Below are positions 34,928-46,251 of a stretch of DNA of 64,000 nt, one piece after another. The DNA lies in NCBI GenBank assembly GCA_963702035.1, contig OY969700.1, forward strand, positions 2,301,915-2,365,914, in the 5' to 3' direction. The notes beneath the pieces were generated by a model. It ran no database searches. It was not told where the DNA came from and saw only the letters and a program-made list of their open reading frames with translations. Every line of letters starts with the position of its first letter. Within the stretch, counting starts at the first letter, position 1. This stretch comes from an uncultured Solirubrobacterales bacterium (lineage in GTDB: Bacteria; Actinomycetota; Thermoleophilia; Solirubrobacterales; 70-9). The position numbers and the translations under genes are program-made.

Positions 34928-35642
34928 GCGCACCAGCTACGAGGTCGACGCCCAGGGCGTCGCGCTGCTGCGCCTCGAGCGCCCCGAGGCTCGCAACGCG
35001 ATCGACACGCAGATGCTGGCTGAGATGCTCGAGCACCTGGCGGTCGCCCGCGACGACGACGCGGTGCGCGTCCTCGTGATCAGCTCCTCCGACCAGATGG
35101 GCCTCTCCGCCGGCGCCGACGTCAAGGAGCAGCTCGATGACGAGGGCAAGGTCCGCCGCATGCGGCTCTTCGCCGACCTCTACGACGCGATCGTCGCCTT
35201 CCCCAGGCCGACCGTGGCCGCCTGCCACGGCGACGTGGTCGGCGGCGGAGCGGAGATCGCCATCGCCTGCGACATGCGCGTCGGGGGCGCCAACCTGCGC
35301 ATGCGCTTTCCCGGCGCCGCGCTCGGCGTTCCGGTCGGCCCGGCCCGGCTCGTCACCCTCTGTGGCCTGGCCACGGCCAAGTACCTGCTGCTGACCTCGC
35401 GCACGGTCGGCGCCGACGAGGCGCTGCGCCTCGGCCTCGTCAACCGCGTCGCCCCGGCGGCGGCGACCGAGGAGGCCGCACTGCAAGTCGCCGCCGAGGT
35501 CGCCGGCCACCCACCCGAGGCCGTCGCCCGCCTGAAGCGGATGCTGCACGAGTGGGACGACGTCGAGGGGCGGTCCAAGGTCGAGGGTGTGGGCCAGGTC
35601 GAGTGGGCGCGGACCGGGCCCGGCTTGCCTCAGCCCGACTGA
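34917..35642 (+). CDS. Enoyl-CoA hydratase/isomerase (crotonase) family protein
   Basis: LERPEARNAIDTQM...SAGADVKE...CHGDVVGGGAEIAIACDMRV. Confidence 0.85.
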   Translation: MSAERTSYEVDAQGVALLRLERPEARNAIDTQMLAEMLEHLAVARDDDAVRVLVISSSDQMGLSAGADVKEQLDDEGKVRRMRLFADLYDAIVAFPRPTVAACHGDVVGGGAEIAIACDMRVGGANLRMRFPGAALGVPVGPARLVTLCGLATAKYLLLTSRTVGADEALRLGLVNRVAPAAATEEAALQVAAEVAGHPPEAVARLKRMLHEWDDVEGRSKVEGVGQVEWARTGPGLPQPD

Positions 35643-35649
35643 CGTTGTG

Positions 35650-35764
35650 TAAGCCCATCCGGTAGGGCTTTCACTTAACTTCTTTCGGTGGATCGCCTGT
35701 GGGCTGGCGCCCGCGGCCGGCACCGAAAAAGTACAAGACGTTTCAGCCCTACCGGATGGGCTTA
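35650..35764 (-). repeat. F2 long-hairpin element, copy C
   Basis: TAAGCCCATCCGGTAGGGC...GCCCTACCGGATGGGCTTA. Lies between stop codons 35640-35642 (+) and 35762-35764 (-). Confidence 0.85.
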
Positions 35765-36550
35765 GGCCCAGCTGGTTTGGTCGAGCGCGACGCTGTTTGC
35801 GAAGAGGGTGGGGTTGGCTCGGATGTGCTTGGCGATCTCGTCGCAGCGGGCCACCCACGCCTGGGTGGAGGAGAGCTGGCTCAGGATGGTGGCCAGGTTT
35901 TCCTCGCCGAGCCAGTCGAGCAGTGGGAGGTGGAGGACGATTGACATGAAGCCGCCGTCGGTCTGGAGGCGGTCGATCTCTGTCGTGAGGTAGGCGACGA
36001 ACATGTCGGCGTCAAGGGGGTCTGACGCACCCGTCATCTGCTCTCTGACCGGGTCCAGGCCGGGGAGCAGCGAGCTGGCGTCGACGTGGCGCCATTGGAA
36101 GGGGAGCAGGGCGATGTCGTTTTCGACGCCTGCGCCCTCGCCGGCGGGGGATGCGTAGGTGAGGCCGGCCTTGCGCAGGATCTCGACGCCGCCCTCACCG
36201 AGTTGGCCGCCGGGTGGGCGCAGGCCGTTCACTTCAAGGCCAAGGTCCTTGAACGCATCGATGCCATGGCCCAGGTTCTCCGCCTGCTCGGCTGCCGGCA
36301 GCTCCCCCCACGTCTCGTGGCGCCAGGCGTGGTAGGCGACCTCGTGGCCGGCCGCCGCGATTTCGTGCAACGCCGCGGGATTGAGCTCGGCGTTGACGCC
36401 CTCGGTGAAGAAGGTCGCCGTCAGGCCGTGCTCGCCGAGCCGCTTCAGCAGGCCTGGTAGCGCCTGGGCCGCACTCGATGCCTCGTCGACGCCGAGGTTG
36501 TCGAAGCTGAGGCAGAGTGCGCCGCGGGCGCCGCCCGGCCACTCGGCCAC
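35762..36550 (-). CDS. Polysaccharide deacetylase (NodB homology) family protein
   Basis: From GTG 36550: ALCLSFDNLG...TATFFTEG...GHEVAYHAWRHE. The upstream part of the 483-aa track ORF is a different gene plus noise. Confidence 0.8.
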   Translation of the reverse strand: MAEWPGGARGALCLSFDNLGVDEASSAAQALPGLLKRLGEHGLTATFFTEGVNAELNPAALHEIAAAGHEVAYHAWRHETWGELPAAEQAENLGHGIDAFKDLGLEVNGLRPPGGQLGEGGVEILRKAGLTYASPAGEGAGVENDIALLPFQWRHVDASSLLPGLDPVREQMTGASDPLDADMFVAYLTTEIDRLQTDGGFMSIVLHLPLLDWLGEENLATILSQLSSTQAWVARCDEIAKHIRANPTLFANSVALDQTSWA

Positions 36551-36555
36551 CCGGC

Positions 36556-37083
36556 TCAGTCCTCCAGCAGCGCCGCGCTCCAGCGCTCCGGTTCTCGCTT
36601 CGCCTGCTCGCGCGCCCAGCGGAAGTGATGATCGGCCGAGGCGAGCAGGATCGGGAAGTTGAGCAGGCCGGCGAGGGCGAAGCCGCGCGAGCCGCGTTTG
36701 GTCTCGGTCAGCAGGCTGAGGGTGCTGGAGATTCCCCAGGCCCAGAGCACGGCGTTGTAGGCGGGGAGCTGATCCTCGCGCAGGCCCTCGGCTTCGTCGA
36801 GCATCGGCAGCCCGCCGTGCAGCGACCAGGGCCAGGCCTTGAAGTGGACGGCGACGCCGGCCACGCCGATGCCGGCGTTGAGGGCGGAGAGGCGCTCGTC
36901 CCACTTGCCACCGCGGACCGCCGCGACGAGCCCGAGCGGGATCAGGGCGCCCCAGAGCGCGTAGGCACCCCGCCGCCCGAGCTGCGGCTCGAACACGAGG
37001 CCGACGCCGGCACGGGTCTCGAAAGCGTTGTGGGCAAAAAGGCCCAGCGTTGATCCGGCTGCGAATGGACGGCGGAAACGCAT
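36556..37083 (-). CDS. Hypothetical integral membrane protein
   Basis: 175 aa with several TM segments. Its stop lies 5 nt before the deacetylase start. Confidence 0.55.
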   Translation of the reverse strand: MRFRRPFAAGSTLGLFAHNAFETRAGVGLVFEPQLGRRGAYALWGALIPLGLVAAVRGGKWDERLSALNAGIGVAGVAVHFKAWPWSLHGGLPMLDEAEGLREDQLPAYNAVLWAWGISSTLSLLTETKRGSRGFALAGLLNFPILLASADHHFRWAREQAKREPERWSAALLED

Positions 37084-37121
37084 TAGCAGGAGAGCGTAAC
37101 TTGGAGTGGCATTCTGGCGAG

Positions 37122-37227
37122 CCCCTGAGCTTGTCAGGCCAGGACGCAGGGAGAAGGCAAGGGGAGCGCACAGTTAGTGCGTGACCCGCAGCCGCCGACC
37201 GAGGACGCCGCATGACAAGCTCAGGGG
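37122..37227 (-). repeat. F1 element, copy f (unoccupied IS110 target box at 37141-37153)
   Basis: Perfect arms CCCCTGAGCTTGTCA / TGACAAGCTCAGGGG. The reverse complement of the core aligns with copy a (GCGGCGTCCTCGGTCG..GGGTCACGCACTAACTGTGCGCTCCCC..CTCCCTGCGTCCT). Ends 8 nt before the mfd ATG. Confidence 0.8.
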
Positions 37228-37234
37228 CCGCCAG

Positions 37235-40200
37235 ATGTCACTCCGCCCCCTGCTAGAGATAGCCGCTGAGAATGAGCGCGTCCACGCGCTCGCCGGCGAG
37301 GTGCGCGCCGCGGGCGGTGGCTCGCCGGTCGAGATCGGCGCCTCGGCCACTCTGCGCCCGCTGCTGCTGGCGACCCTGCTCGAGGACGATCGCGGCCTGG
37401 CCGGCCGCCCGGCGCTGCTGGTCAGCGCCGACGATCGCTCGGCCCGCGACCTCGCCGCCGATCTGCGCGCCTACCTGGCGCCCCGTCGGGTCCGCTTCTA
37501 CCCCTCGCGGGGAACTGGCTACGCCTCTCACGTCACTCCGCCTCCTCACCTCGTCGGTCTGCGCATCGACGCGCTCGACTCGCTGCGCACCGAGGAGGAC
37601 GCGATCGTCGTCGCCAGCGCCGTCGCCCTTGCCGAGGCGGTGCCGGACGCCTCGCTGCGTCCCGCCGGCTTCACGCTCGAGCTGGGCGGCAGTGTCGAGC
37701 TCGAGACCGCCGCGCGCGACCTGGTCGCCGCCGGCTACGAGCGGGTCGAGCAGGTCGAGGAGCGCGGCCAGTTCGCCGTCCGCGGCGGCATCCTCGACGT
37801 CTATCCGGCGACCGAGGAGCGCGCCGTGCGGATCGAGCTGTTCGGCGACGAGATCGAGTCGATGCGCTGGTTCTCGACCTTTACCCAGCGCTCGCTCGGC
37901 GACGCCGAGCGGGTCGAGCTGGCGCCCGCCGCCGAGCTCGACGCCGAGCACCGCGAGCTGGCCGAGCTGGCCGCGATGGAGGCCGCCGAAGAGGGCAAGG
38001 AGCCGCCGAGCCCGGCCGAGGTCCTGCCGATCGAGCATTTCGGGCCCCCGCTGGATCTCGTCCCCGCCGAGGCGGCCGTGATCCTCGCCGCCGCCGAGGA
38101 GATCGAGCCGGCACTGCGCGACCACTGGGAGGACGCGACGGCGGCGATGCACGCCGACGACGCCCGCCACCTCTACGTCGAGGTGGCCGCGCCGCTAGCG
38201 GCGCGCGCGATCCTCGCCGTGAGCGGGGCCGGGGAGGACGACGAGACGGCATTTCGTGCCTCGCGCGCCGAGTCTCCCGCCCGCAGCGTCAAAGAGGCCG
38301 AGGGCGAGCTGGAGAAACACGTCCGCTCCGGCTACCGCACGGTCGTCGCCTTCGACAACCGCGGCGAGGCGGAACGCTCGCGCTATGGCCTCGAACGCCT
38401 CGACGCCACCCTGCTCGACGGCGGCCGCCTCTCGCCGGACCCCGGCCTGGCCTTCGCCGAGGCGCGCCTGCGCGAGGGCTTCGTCAGCCCCGAGCTGCGC
38501 CTCGCCGTCTACCCGTTCCGCCGCCTCGTCCACCGCCGCAAGCGGGCCGAGGAGCGGCTGCCGGGCGCCGGCAAGGGCCGGCTCGCCTTCAGCGACCTCC
38601 GCGTCGGCGACTACGTCGTCCACGAGGACCACGGCGTCGCCCGCTTCGCCGGCTTCGAGACGCGCGAGGTCGGCGGCATCAGCCGCGACTACCTCTACCT
38701 CGAATACAAGGGCGAGGACCGGGTCTACGTCCCGACCGACCAGCTGGCGAAGTTGAGCCGCTACGCCGGCTCGGGCGCCGCACCGTCGCTCTCGGCGCTC
38801 GGCGGCAAACGCTGGCAGAACATGAAGGCTCGCGCGCGCAAAGCGGCGGGCGCCCTGGCCGGCGAGCTGCTCAACCTCTTTGCCGAGCGGCGCACCCGCA
38901 AGGGCCACCCCTTCTCGCCGGACGGCGAATGGCAGATCGCGATGGAGACGGCCTTTCCCTACCGCGAGACGGCCGACCAGCTGGAGGCGATCGAGGCGGT
39001 CAAGGGCGACATGGAATCCGAGCAGCCGATGGACCGGCTGGTCTGCGGCGACGTCGGCTTCGGCAAGACCGAGGTGGCGCTGCGGGCCACGGTCAAGGCC
39101 GCCTCCGACGGCAAGCAGGTGATGATGCTGGCGCCGACGACGATCCTCGCCCAGCAGCACTTCGGCACCTTCCGCGAGCGCCTCGCCGACCTCCCCTTCA
39201 CGCTCGACTGGGTTTCGCGCCTGCGCAAGCCGGCGGAAGTCAAAGAGGTGCTGAAGCGCTATGAGGCGGGCGAGATCGACGTCCTGGTCGGCACCCACCG
39301 ACTGCTCTCCCGCGACGTGCGGGCCAAGGACCTCGGCCTCCTGATCGTCGACGAGGAGCAGCGCTTCGGCGTCAAGCAGAAGGAGCTGCTGCGGCAGCTG
39401 AAGCTGAAGGTCAACGTGCTGTCGCTGTCGGCGACGCCGATCCCGCGCACCCTGCAGATGAGCCTGGCGGGGCTGCGCGACATCTCGACGATCGAGACCC
39501 CGCCCGAGGGGCGCCGGCCGGTCCGCACGTATGTCGGCCCCTACGACGAGGACCTGGTCCAGCGCGCGATCGAGCGCGAGCTCGAGCGCGGCGGCCAGGT
39601 TTTTTTCCTGCACAACCGGATCGAGAGCCTGCCCGAGGTCGCCGAGCAGCTGCGCGGGCTCGTCCCCAAGGCGCGCGTGGTCGAAGCCCACGGCCAGATG
39701 GACGAGGGGGAGTTGGAGAAGACGATGATGGGCTTCCTGCGCGGCGAAGCCGACTGCCTGGTGACGACGACGATCATCGAGTCCGGGCTCGACATCCCCA
39801 CCGCGAACACGCTGATCGTCGAGCGCGCCGACCGGCTCGGGCTCGCCCAGGCCTACCAGATCCGCGGCCGGGTCGGGCGCTCCCGCGAGCGCGCCTTCGC
39901 CTACCTGCTCTACCCCTCCACCGAGGCGCTGACCGAGGACGCCGCGGCCCGCCTGACCACCCTCGCCGACCACACCGAGCTCGGCTCCGGCTTCAAGATC
40001 GCGATGCGCGACCTCGACATCCGCGGCGCCGGCGACCTGCTCGGCGACGAGCAGTCGGGCCACGTCGCCGCGGTCGGCTTCGAGCTCTACTGCCAGATGA
40101 TCGACGAGGCCGTCGCCGAGGCGAGCGCGGCGGGGGAGGAGGGCGAGGAGGCGCCGGAGCCGCTGCGCTTCGACGTCCCCGTCGATGCCTACCTGCCCGC

Positions 40201-40627
40201 CTCCTTCATCCCCTTCGAGGCGGCGAAGATCGACGTCCACCGGCGCATCGTCGCCGCTCGGGCGCCGGGCGACCTGCGGGCGATCCGCGACGAGCTCAGC
40301 GACCGCTTCGGGCCGCCTCCGGTCGAGGCCGAGAACCTGCTGGCGTTGCAGCGGGCGCGGATCGAACTGCGCCTGGCCGGCGCGCGCGGCGTCGAGCTGC
40401 GCGGCGGCCGCCTCAGCGTGGTCGGGATCGAGCTCGATTCCGAGGCGGCGAGCGCGCTGCGCGAGCAGGTCGAGGGTGCGCTTTACGAGTGGCGAGAGAA
40501 GACCGCGTCGGTGCGCGTTCCCGACGAACCCGAGGCACGGCTGGCCGCGGTGCTGGCGTTGGCCGGGGGTCTGCGCGAGGCGCGCCGCTCGGATTTGGTC
40601 GAAAAAGATATGCTTCCGGCTTCGTGA
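37235..40627 (+). CDS. mfd: Transcription-repair coupling factor
   Basis: ~1130 aa: [15 protein letters not shown]...[11 protein letters not shown]...[18 protein letters not shown] 37235 is preferred. Confidence 0.95.
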   Translation: MSLRPLLEIAAENERVHALAGEVRAAGGGSPVEIGASATLRPLLLATLLEDDRGLAGRPALLVSADDRSARDLAADLRAYLAPRRVRFYPSRGTGYASHVTPPPHLVGLRIDALDSLRTEEDAIVVASAVALAEAVPDASLRPAGFTLELGGSVELETAARDLVAAGYERVEQVEERGQFAVRGGILDVYPATEERAVRIELFGDEIESMRWFSTFTQRSLGDAERVELAPAAELDAEHRELAELAAMEAAEEGKEPPSPAEVLPIEHFGPPLDLVPAEAAVILAAAEEIEPALRDHWEDATAAMHADDARHLYVEVAAPLAARAILAVSGAGEDDETAFRASRAESPARSVKEAEGELEKHVRSGYRTVVAFDNRGEAERSRYGLERLDATLLDGGRLSPDPGLAFAEARLREGFVSPELRLAVYPFRRLVHRRKRAEERLPGAGKGRLAFSDLRVGDYVVHEDHGVARFAGFETREVGGISRDYLYLEYKGEDRVYVPTDQLAKLSRYAGSGAAPSLSALGGKRWQNMKARARKAAGALAGELLNLFAERRTRKGHPFSPDGEWQIAMETAFPYRETADQLEAIEAVKGDMESEQPMDRLVCGDVGFGKTEVALRATVKAASDGKQVMMLAPTTILAQQHFGTFRERLADLPFTLDWVSRLRKPAEVKEVLKRYEAGEIDVLVGTHRLLSRDVRAKDLGLLIVDEEQRFGVKQKELLRQLKLKVNVLSLSATPIPRTLQMSLAGLRDISTIETPPEGRRPVRTYVGPYDEDLVQRAIERELERGGQVFFLHNRIESLPEVAEQLRGLVPKARVVEAHGQMDEGELEKTMMGFLRGEADCLVTTTIIESGLDIPTANTLIVERADRLGLAQAYQIRGRVGRSRERAFAYLLYPSTEALTEDAAARLTTLADHTELGSGFKIAMRDLDIRGAGDLLGDEQSGHVAAVGFELYCQMIDEAVAEASAAGEEGEEAPEPLRFDVPVDAYLPASFIPFEAAKIDVHRRIVAARAPGDLRAIRDELSDRFGPPPVEAENLLALQRARIELRLAGARGVELRGGRLSVVGIELDSEAASALREQVEGALYEWREKTASVRVPDEPEARLAAVLALAGGLREARRSDLVEKDMLPAS

Positions 40628-41997
40628 GTCCGGACCGGGGTAGGAAAGGGACGCCTGGCAAGGGCGGAGGCGGCAAAGCCTCCGGTCCCCTGGCCGCGCG
40701 CCGTCGGGGCCTCCTCGTCTTCGGCGTCGCTTTCGTAGCGCTCTTCGTCATCGTCGCGGTCTCGGTGGGCGTTGGCGATCCGAGCGTCCCCTCGGGCGAC
40801 GCGGCGGTCGTCCAGGACACGCCTGGAGACATCGGCAAGGTCCCGGTCTCCAAGGTCGAACACGCGATCGAACTGGCGGCGGCGCAGGCGGGCGAAAAAA
40901 CCACCCCGAAACCGGGCGACCCCAAATACGACGAAGTCAAGGAAACGGCGGTCAACTCGGTCCTCGAAGGGATCTGGATCCAGGGGCTGGCCGCTCAGTG
41001 GGGCATCGAAGCGAGCGAAAAGGAAGTCGCCGCCGAAGTCAAGAAAGTGAAGAAAGAAAGCTTCAAATCCGAAGCGGAATTCCAGAAATTCCTCAAGGAA
41101 TCCCACTACACGCCCGCCGATGTCAACGAACGGGTGCTGATCCAGATGCTCAGCAAAGAACTTCAGGAACAGCTGAAAGAAAAAGCCCCGACGCCGAGTC
41201 AGAACGAAGTCGAGGCCTACTACGAAGCGGCGAAGGCCACCCAGTTCACGACGAAACCGAGCCGCGACGTGCGCACGGTCCTGACCAAAGATCAGAAGAA
41301 GGCCGAGGAAGCGGCGGCTGCGCTGGGCAAAGACAACTCGGCGAAGAACTGGGAAAAGGTCGCCAAGAAGTACTCGGAAGACCCGACCACGAAAGAAAGC
41401 GGCGGGTTGCAGAAAGCGGTCCAGGAAGGCACGCTCGAAGAACCGCTGAACGGGGAAGTCTTCGGCACGCCGGAAGGCGAGCTCAAGGGGCCGACCAAGG
41501 GCAAAGGCGGCTACGTCGTCTACGAAGTCGTCAACTCGACGCCGGAAAGCGTCCAGGAACTGAAAACGGTCGAAAGTCAGATCCAGAGCACGCTGGCGCA
41601 GCGCGACGAACAGGAATACTTCGCCAACTTCGTCGCCGGCTTCCAGACCGAATGGTCGCAACGGAGCTTCTGCGCCTCTGATTTCACGACCGAACGCTGC
41701 GCGAACTTCAAGGGCACCGGGCATGCCAAAACGGCGCCCGCGGGCTGCTACGAAGCCAATCCCAAAGGTGGCCTGCCCGAAGCTTGCCCGGCGCCCGTGT
41801 CCCAGCTGGTACCGGCCCTGCCCGGAACGGTGACGCCGCTGGAACCGAAGGGCAAACCGCTGGCCCAGCGCCCGCGTCCCGCCGGCGAAGAAAAAGAAGA
41901 AGGCGCGGCCGGCCTCGAAGGCCTGCCGGAAGGCGCCGTGCCGCCGACCGAAGCTCCGCCCGCTGAAGAAGCGCCGCCGCCCGCCGAAGGCGAATAG
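40624..41997 (+). CDS. Membrane-anchored SurA-N / parvulin-like (PrsA-type) foldase homologue
   Basis: GTG overlaps the mfd stop (GTGA). One TM segment, then a SurA-N-like helical part and a degenerate parvulin segment (KYSEDPTTKESGGL...GGYVVYEV). Pro/Glu-rich tail. Confidence 0.7.
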   Translation: MSPDRGRKGTPGKGGGGKASGPLAARRRGLLVFGVAFVALFVIVAVSVGVGDPSVPSGDAAVVQDTPGDIGKVPVSKVEHAIELAAAQAGEKTTPKPGDPKYDEVKETAVNSVLEGIWIQGLAAQWGIEASEKEVAAEVKKVKKESFKSEAEFQKFLKESHYTPADVNERVLIQMLSKELQEQLKEKAPTPSQNEVEAYYEAAKATQFTTKPSRDVRTVLTKDQKKAEEAAAALGKDNSAKNWEKVAKKYSEDPTTKESGGLQKAVQEGTLEEPLNGEVFGTPEGELKGPTKGKGGYVVYEVVNSTPESVQELKTVESQIQSTLAQRDEQEYFANFVAGFQTEWSQRSFCASDFTTERCANFKGTGHAKTAPAGCYEANPKGGLPEACPAPVSQLVPALPGTVTPLEPKGKPLAQRPRPAGEEKEEGAAGLEGLPEGAVPPTEAPPAEEAPPPAEGE

Positions 41998-42028
41998 CGT
42001 CCTCCGCGCCCGCCACGGCCGTCGATAG

Positions 42029-43336
<1,308 letters not shown>

Positions 43337-43373
43337 ATGCAGGAATGCGGCGCCTGGTCGCGTAGGACCGGGT

Positions 43374-43778
43374 ATGGCAGCTCGCGCCCGGCCGGCAAAA
43401 AGCGCAACCGCGACGCGCAGGGCTTCCTCTCGGAAGACGGCGTCTCGCCAGAAACGTCGCCCGGCCGCCCGTCGCAAACCTGCCGCGCGGCGCGGCGAGA
43501 GTCGCATCCGCTGGGACCGCGTCGGGCGCATCGCCCTGACTCTGGTCCTCGCCGCGGTCCTCTACTCGTATCTGAACCCGGCGATCGACTTCGTCAAGAC
43601 CTACACGGCGACGACCGCCGCCAAAGCAGAGTTCCACGAGATGCTGCGCGAAAACAAGCGTCTCCACAGCCGCATCCAGACGGCCGACGACCCCACGGTC
43701 GTCGACCGGCGGGCCCGCGCGCAGGGCATGGTCGCCGAAGGCGAGACGCCGATTATTGTCCACGGCCTAGGCGGCTAG
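43374..43778 (+). CDS. FtsB/DivIC-type septum formation initiator
   Basis: Basic N-terminus, one TM segment, then a coiled coil (AKAEFHEMLRENKRLHSRIQ). Conserved position after eno. Confidence 0.75.
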   Translation: MAARARPAKSATATRRASSRKTASRQKRRPAARRKPAARRGESRIRWDRVGRIALTLVLAAVLYSYLNPAIDFVKTYTATTAAKAEFHEMLRENKRLHSRIQTADDPTVVDRRARAQGMVAEGETPIIVHGLGG

Positions 43779-43799
43779 CGGTCCTTCTCGGAGCAGCCG

Positions 43800-46247
43800 G
43801 TGGTTAGCGCCGGTTCCTACATCCTCAGCGCCGTCCTGCTGGCCGTCCTGGTCCTCTCGCTGGGGCTCTCGGCAGTTTGCCTGCGGCGAAGGTTCATGCC
43901 GGAGTGGGAGGGGGCTCCGGCGCACCTGGTCGAGGCGATTCTTGGGGTTGCGCTGCTGATCTGGCTGAGCGAGCTGCTCGGGCTCTTCAGCCTTCTCTAC
44001 GCGGGAACGTTGGTCGCCACGGCTGTGCTGCTGGCGGCAGCGGTTGCTTTTGGCCCGCGGGTCCTGTCGGGGAGAGCGGGTGCCGGGGCTTCGCTGGGTT
44101 TTTCGCCTGAATCGCCGGGGGCCGTCCGAGGTCGCGATCAGGGCGAAAAAGAGGACGCCGCTGTGCCCCGGCACCCCCTCTCCCCGCCACCCGCGGGAGG
44201 AGCGCTTACAGCGGTGGCTGTGGGGGTCGTGGCGCTCGTATTCGCTCACTGGGGGTTCACGGCTAAAGATGCTTTGGGTCGAGGTGTCTTCAATTTCGAT
44301 TCGCTCTGGTACCACCTGCCGTTTGCTGTGGAAATGGCGCATAGCCACTCGGTTACGGGGCTGCACTACACCGAGACGGTCTTCACGAACTGGTTCTACC
44401 CGCAGAACGGGGAGCTTCTGCACGCGGATGGGATCCTGCTCACGGGGCGGGACACGCTCAGCTTGTTCCTCAACTTCGGCTGGCTGGCGATTGCTTTTCT
44501 GGCTGCTTGGTGCATCGGCAGGCCGTATGGACGCGGGCCGCTCACGGTGGTTGCAGCTGCAGTGCTTCTGGAGTGCCACACGCTTGTGGTCCGCGAGCCC
44601 GGAGCTGCGAAGAACGATCTGATGGCGGCAGCTCTGCTGCTTGCGGCGATCGCGATCCTCGTCAATGCCAACTGGGGTGCGCACCTGAGGCCCCGGTGGG
44701 GGTGGCCCGGTCGGACGCGGCGTCCTGTTTTTCGCACGGACCACTCGGCGAGAGAAGCCGACTCCGAGGCGAAAAACCCAGCACCCGACCGGGCCACCCC
44801 CACCGGGGCCTCCTTGGCTGCCGCGGGACTAGCCGTCGGCATCGCCGTCGGGACGAAGTCGACGGCGCTGGCGATGGCCGTTGCGCTCACCGTTGCTGTG
44901 ATCGTGCTGGCGCCATCTGGTCGCCGTTGGGTCGCCGCCGGGTGGTGGTTCGCAGCAGGGGTCGCAGGCGGTGGCTACTGGTACCTCCGCAACCTCGTCA
45001 TCAGCGGCAACCCGCTCCCCCAGTTAGAGCATCTGGGGCCGATCTCATTGCCCCATCCCGAGAGGCTGCAAGAAGGTCGGCCGGACTTCTCGATCGTCCA
45101 CTACGCGACCGACACCGGCGTCTGGAGCAAGTACTTCGAGCCCGGGCTCCACCAGGCCTTCGGCGCCCTCTGGCCCCTGGTCATCGCCGCCGCCATAGCC
45201 GGCGGCCTGACCGCCCTCCTCTGGGGCCGCACGCGCGTCCTGCGCTGGATGGGCGGCGTAGCCCTCTTCGGAATGCTCGCCTACGTCTTCACCCCCCTCA
45301 GCGCCGCAGGAGCCGAGGGCGCCCCCGTCGGCTTCGCAATCAACATCCGCTACGCCATCCCAGCTCTTCTAGCGGGCCTGACCCTGCTGCCCCTTGCTTT
45401 TGGCTCCCGGGCATCCAGCGCCTCGGCCTCGTCTGTGGGTGGCGCGGGGGAGGGGGGGGTTCGGACGGGTGAGTCCGCTAACCCCCCCCTCCCCCGTGAC
45501 AGGATCCGCAGTCAAGAGGCAAGGTCCCTATCCGTCTGGGTGCTGCTTGGAGTGCTGCTCTTGGTCTTGCTCGCGACCGACCGTTCCGACGCCGCTCTTC
45601 GCGACCCCGATCGCCTCTTCGGCTGGCTGATCGCCGCTCTGGCGGTGCTGATCCCGGCTGCGCTGTTATTCGCTCGACATCGCGGCGCGTCGCGGGGCGC
45701 GATCGTGGCCGGATTCGCCGCGCTCGCCATCGCCGTGGTCGCGATCGGCTACCCGGTGCAGCGTGACTACCTGCGCAACCGTTTCCTCAACGCCGATGCC
45801 GAGGCGAGCATCCCCGGGATGCACCTCGACTCGGCCTACCGCTGGGCCCGGGGGGTCAGCGACGCCCGTATCGGCCTCGCCGGCACCACCGCCGGCTTCC
45901 TCGAGTACGGCTTCTACGGCACCGACCTGTCCAACCGCGTGCGCTACCTCGGCGTCGAGGGACCGCACGGCGCCTTCAACGCGATCCCGAGCTGCCCAGA
46001 ATTCCGCGCCGCCGTCAACGCCGCCGATCTCGACTACCTGGTCACCTCTCCCTTCCTCAACTTCATCGAGCCGGGCAAGCCGATCTCCTCTCCGGAGGCG
46101 CGCTGGCTGCGCGGCGAGCCGACGGCGGTCCCGATCCAGCGCAGCGGCCAGGTGACCGTCTGGCGCATCCGCGGCCAGCTCGACCCGTCGGCCTGCGGCC
46201 CCCGCAACGCTCCGCTTCGCAGGATCCCCAAACAACCCGTCAACTGA
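43800..46247 (+). CDS. Large polytopic membrane protein, possibly a GT-C-type glycosyltransferase
   Basis: 815 aa with more than 12 TM segments. Carries in-frame repeat insertions F1-g and R3. Confidence 0.65.
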   Translation: MVSAGSYILSAVLLAVLVLSLGLSAVCLRRRFMPEWEGAPAHLVEAILGVALLIWLSELLGLFSLLYAGTLVATAVLLAAAVAFGPRVLSGRAGAGASLGFSPESPGAVRGRDQGEKEDAAVPRHPLSPPPAGGALTAVAVGVVALVFAHWGFTAKDALGRGVFNFDSLWYHLPFAVEMAHSHSVTGLHYTETVFTNWFYPQNGELLHADGILLTGRDTLSLFLNFGWLAIAFLAAWCIGRPYGRGPLTVVAAAVLLECHTLVVREPGAAKNDLMAAALLLAAIAILVNANWGAHLRPRWGWPGRTRRPVFRTDHSAREADSEAKNPAPDRATPTGASLAAAGLAVGIAVGTKSTALAMAVALTVAVIVLAPSGRRWVAAGWWFAAGVAGGGYWYLRNLVISGNPLPQLEHLGPISLPHPERLQEGRPDFSIVHYATDTGVWSKYFEPGLHQAFGALWPLVIAAAIAGGLTALLWGRTRVLRWMGGVALFGMLAYVFTPLSAAGAEGAPVGFAINIRYAIPALLAGLTLLPLAFGSRASSASASSVGGAGEGGVRTGESANPPLPRDRIRSQEARSLSVWVLLGVLLLVLLATDRSDAALRDPDRLFGWLIAALAVLIPAALLFARHRGASRGAIVAGFAALAIAVVAIGYPVQRDYLRNRFLNADAEASIPGMHLDSAYRWARGVSDARIGLAGTTAGFLEYGFYGTDLSNRVRYLGVEGPHGAFNAIPSCPEFRAAVNAADLDYLVTSPFLNFIEPGKPISSPEARWLRGEPTAVPIQRSGQVTVWRIRGQLDPSACGPRNAPLRRIPKQPVN
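44687..44812 (+). repeat. F1 element, copy g (beta subtype), in frame inside a CDS
   Basis: Perfect 28-bp arms GAGGCCCCGGTGGGGGTGGCCCGGTCGG / CCGACCGGGCCACCCCCACCGGGGCCTC. Core reads GCGGCGTCCTGTTTTTCGCACGG...GGCGAAAAACCCAGCA. Total 126 bp = 42 codons. Confidence 0.85.
45435..45509 (+). repeat. R3 nested-hairpin repeat, copy 1, in frame inside a CDS (75 bp)
   Basis: GTGGGTGGCGCGGGGGAGGGGGGGGTTCGGACGGGTGAGTCCGCTAACCCCCCCCTCCCCCGTGACAGGATCCGC. Sister copy at 54112-54186 on the opposite strand. Confidence 0.8.
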
Positions 46248-46251
46248 CGTC

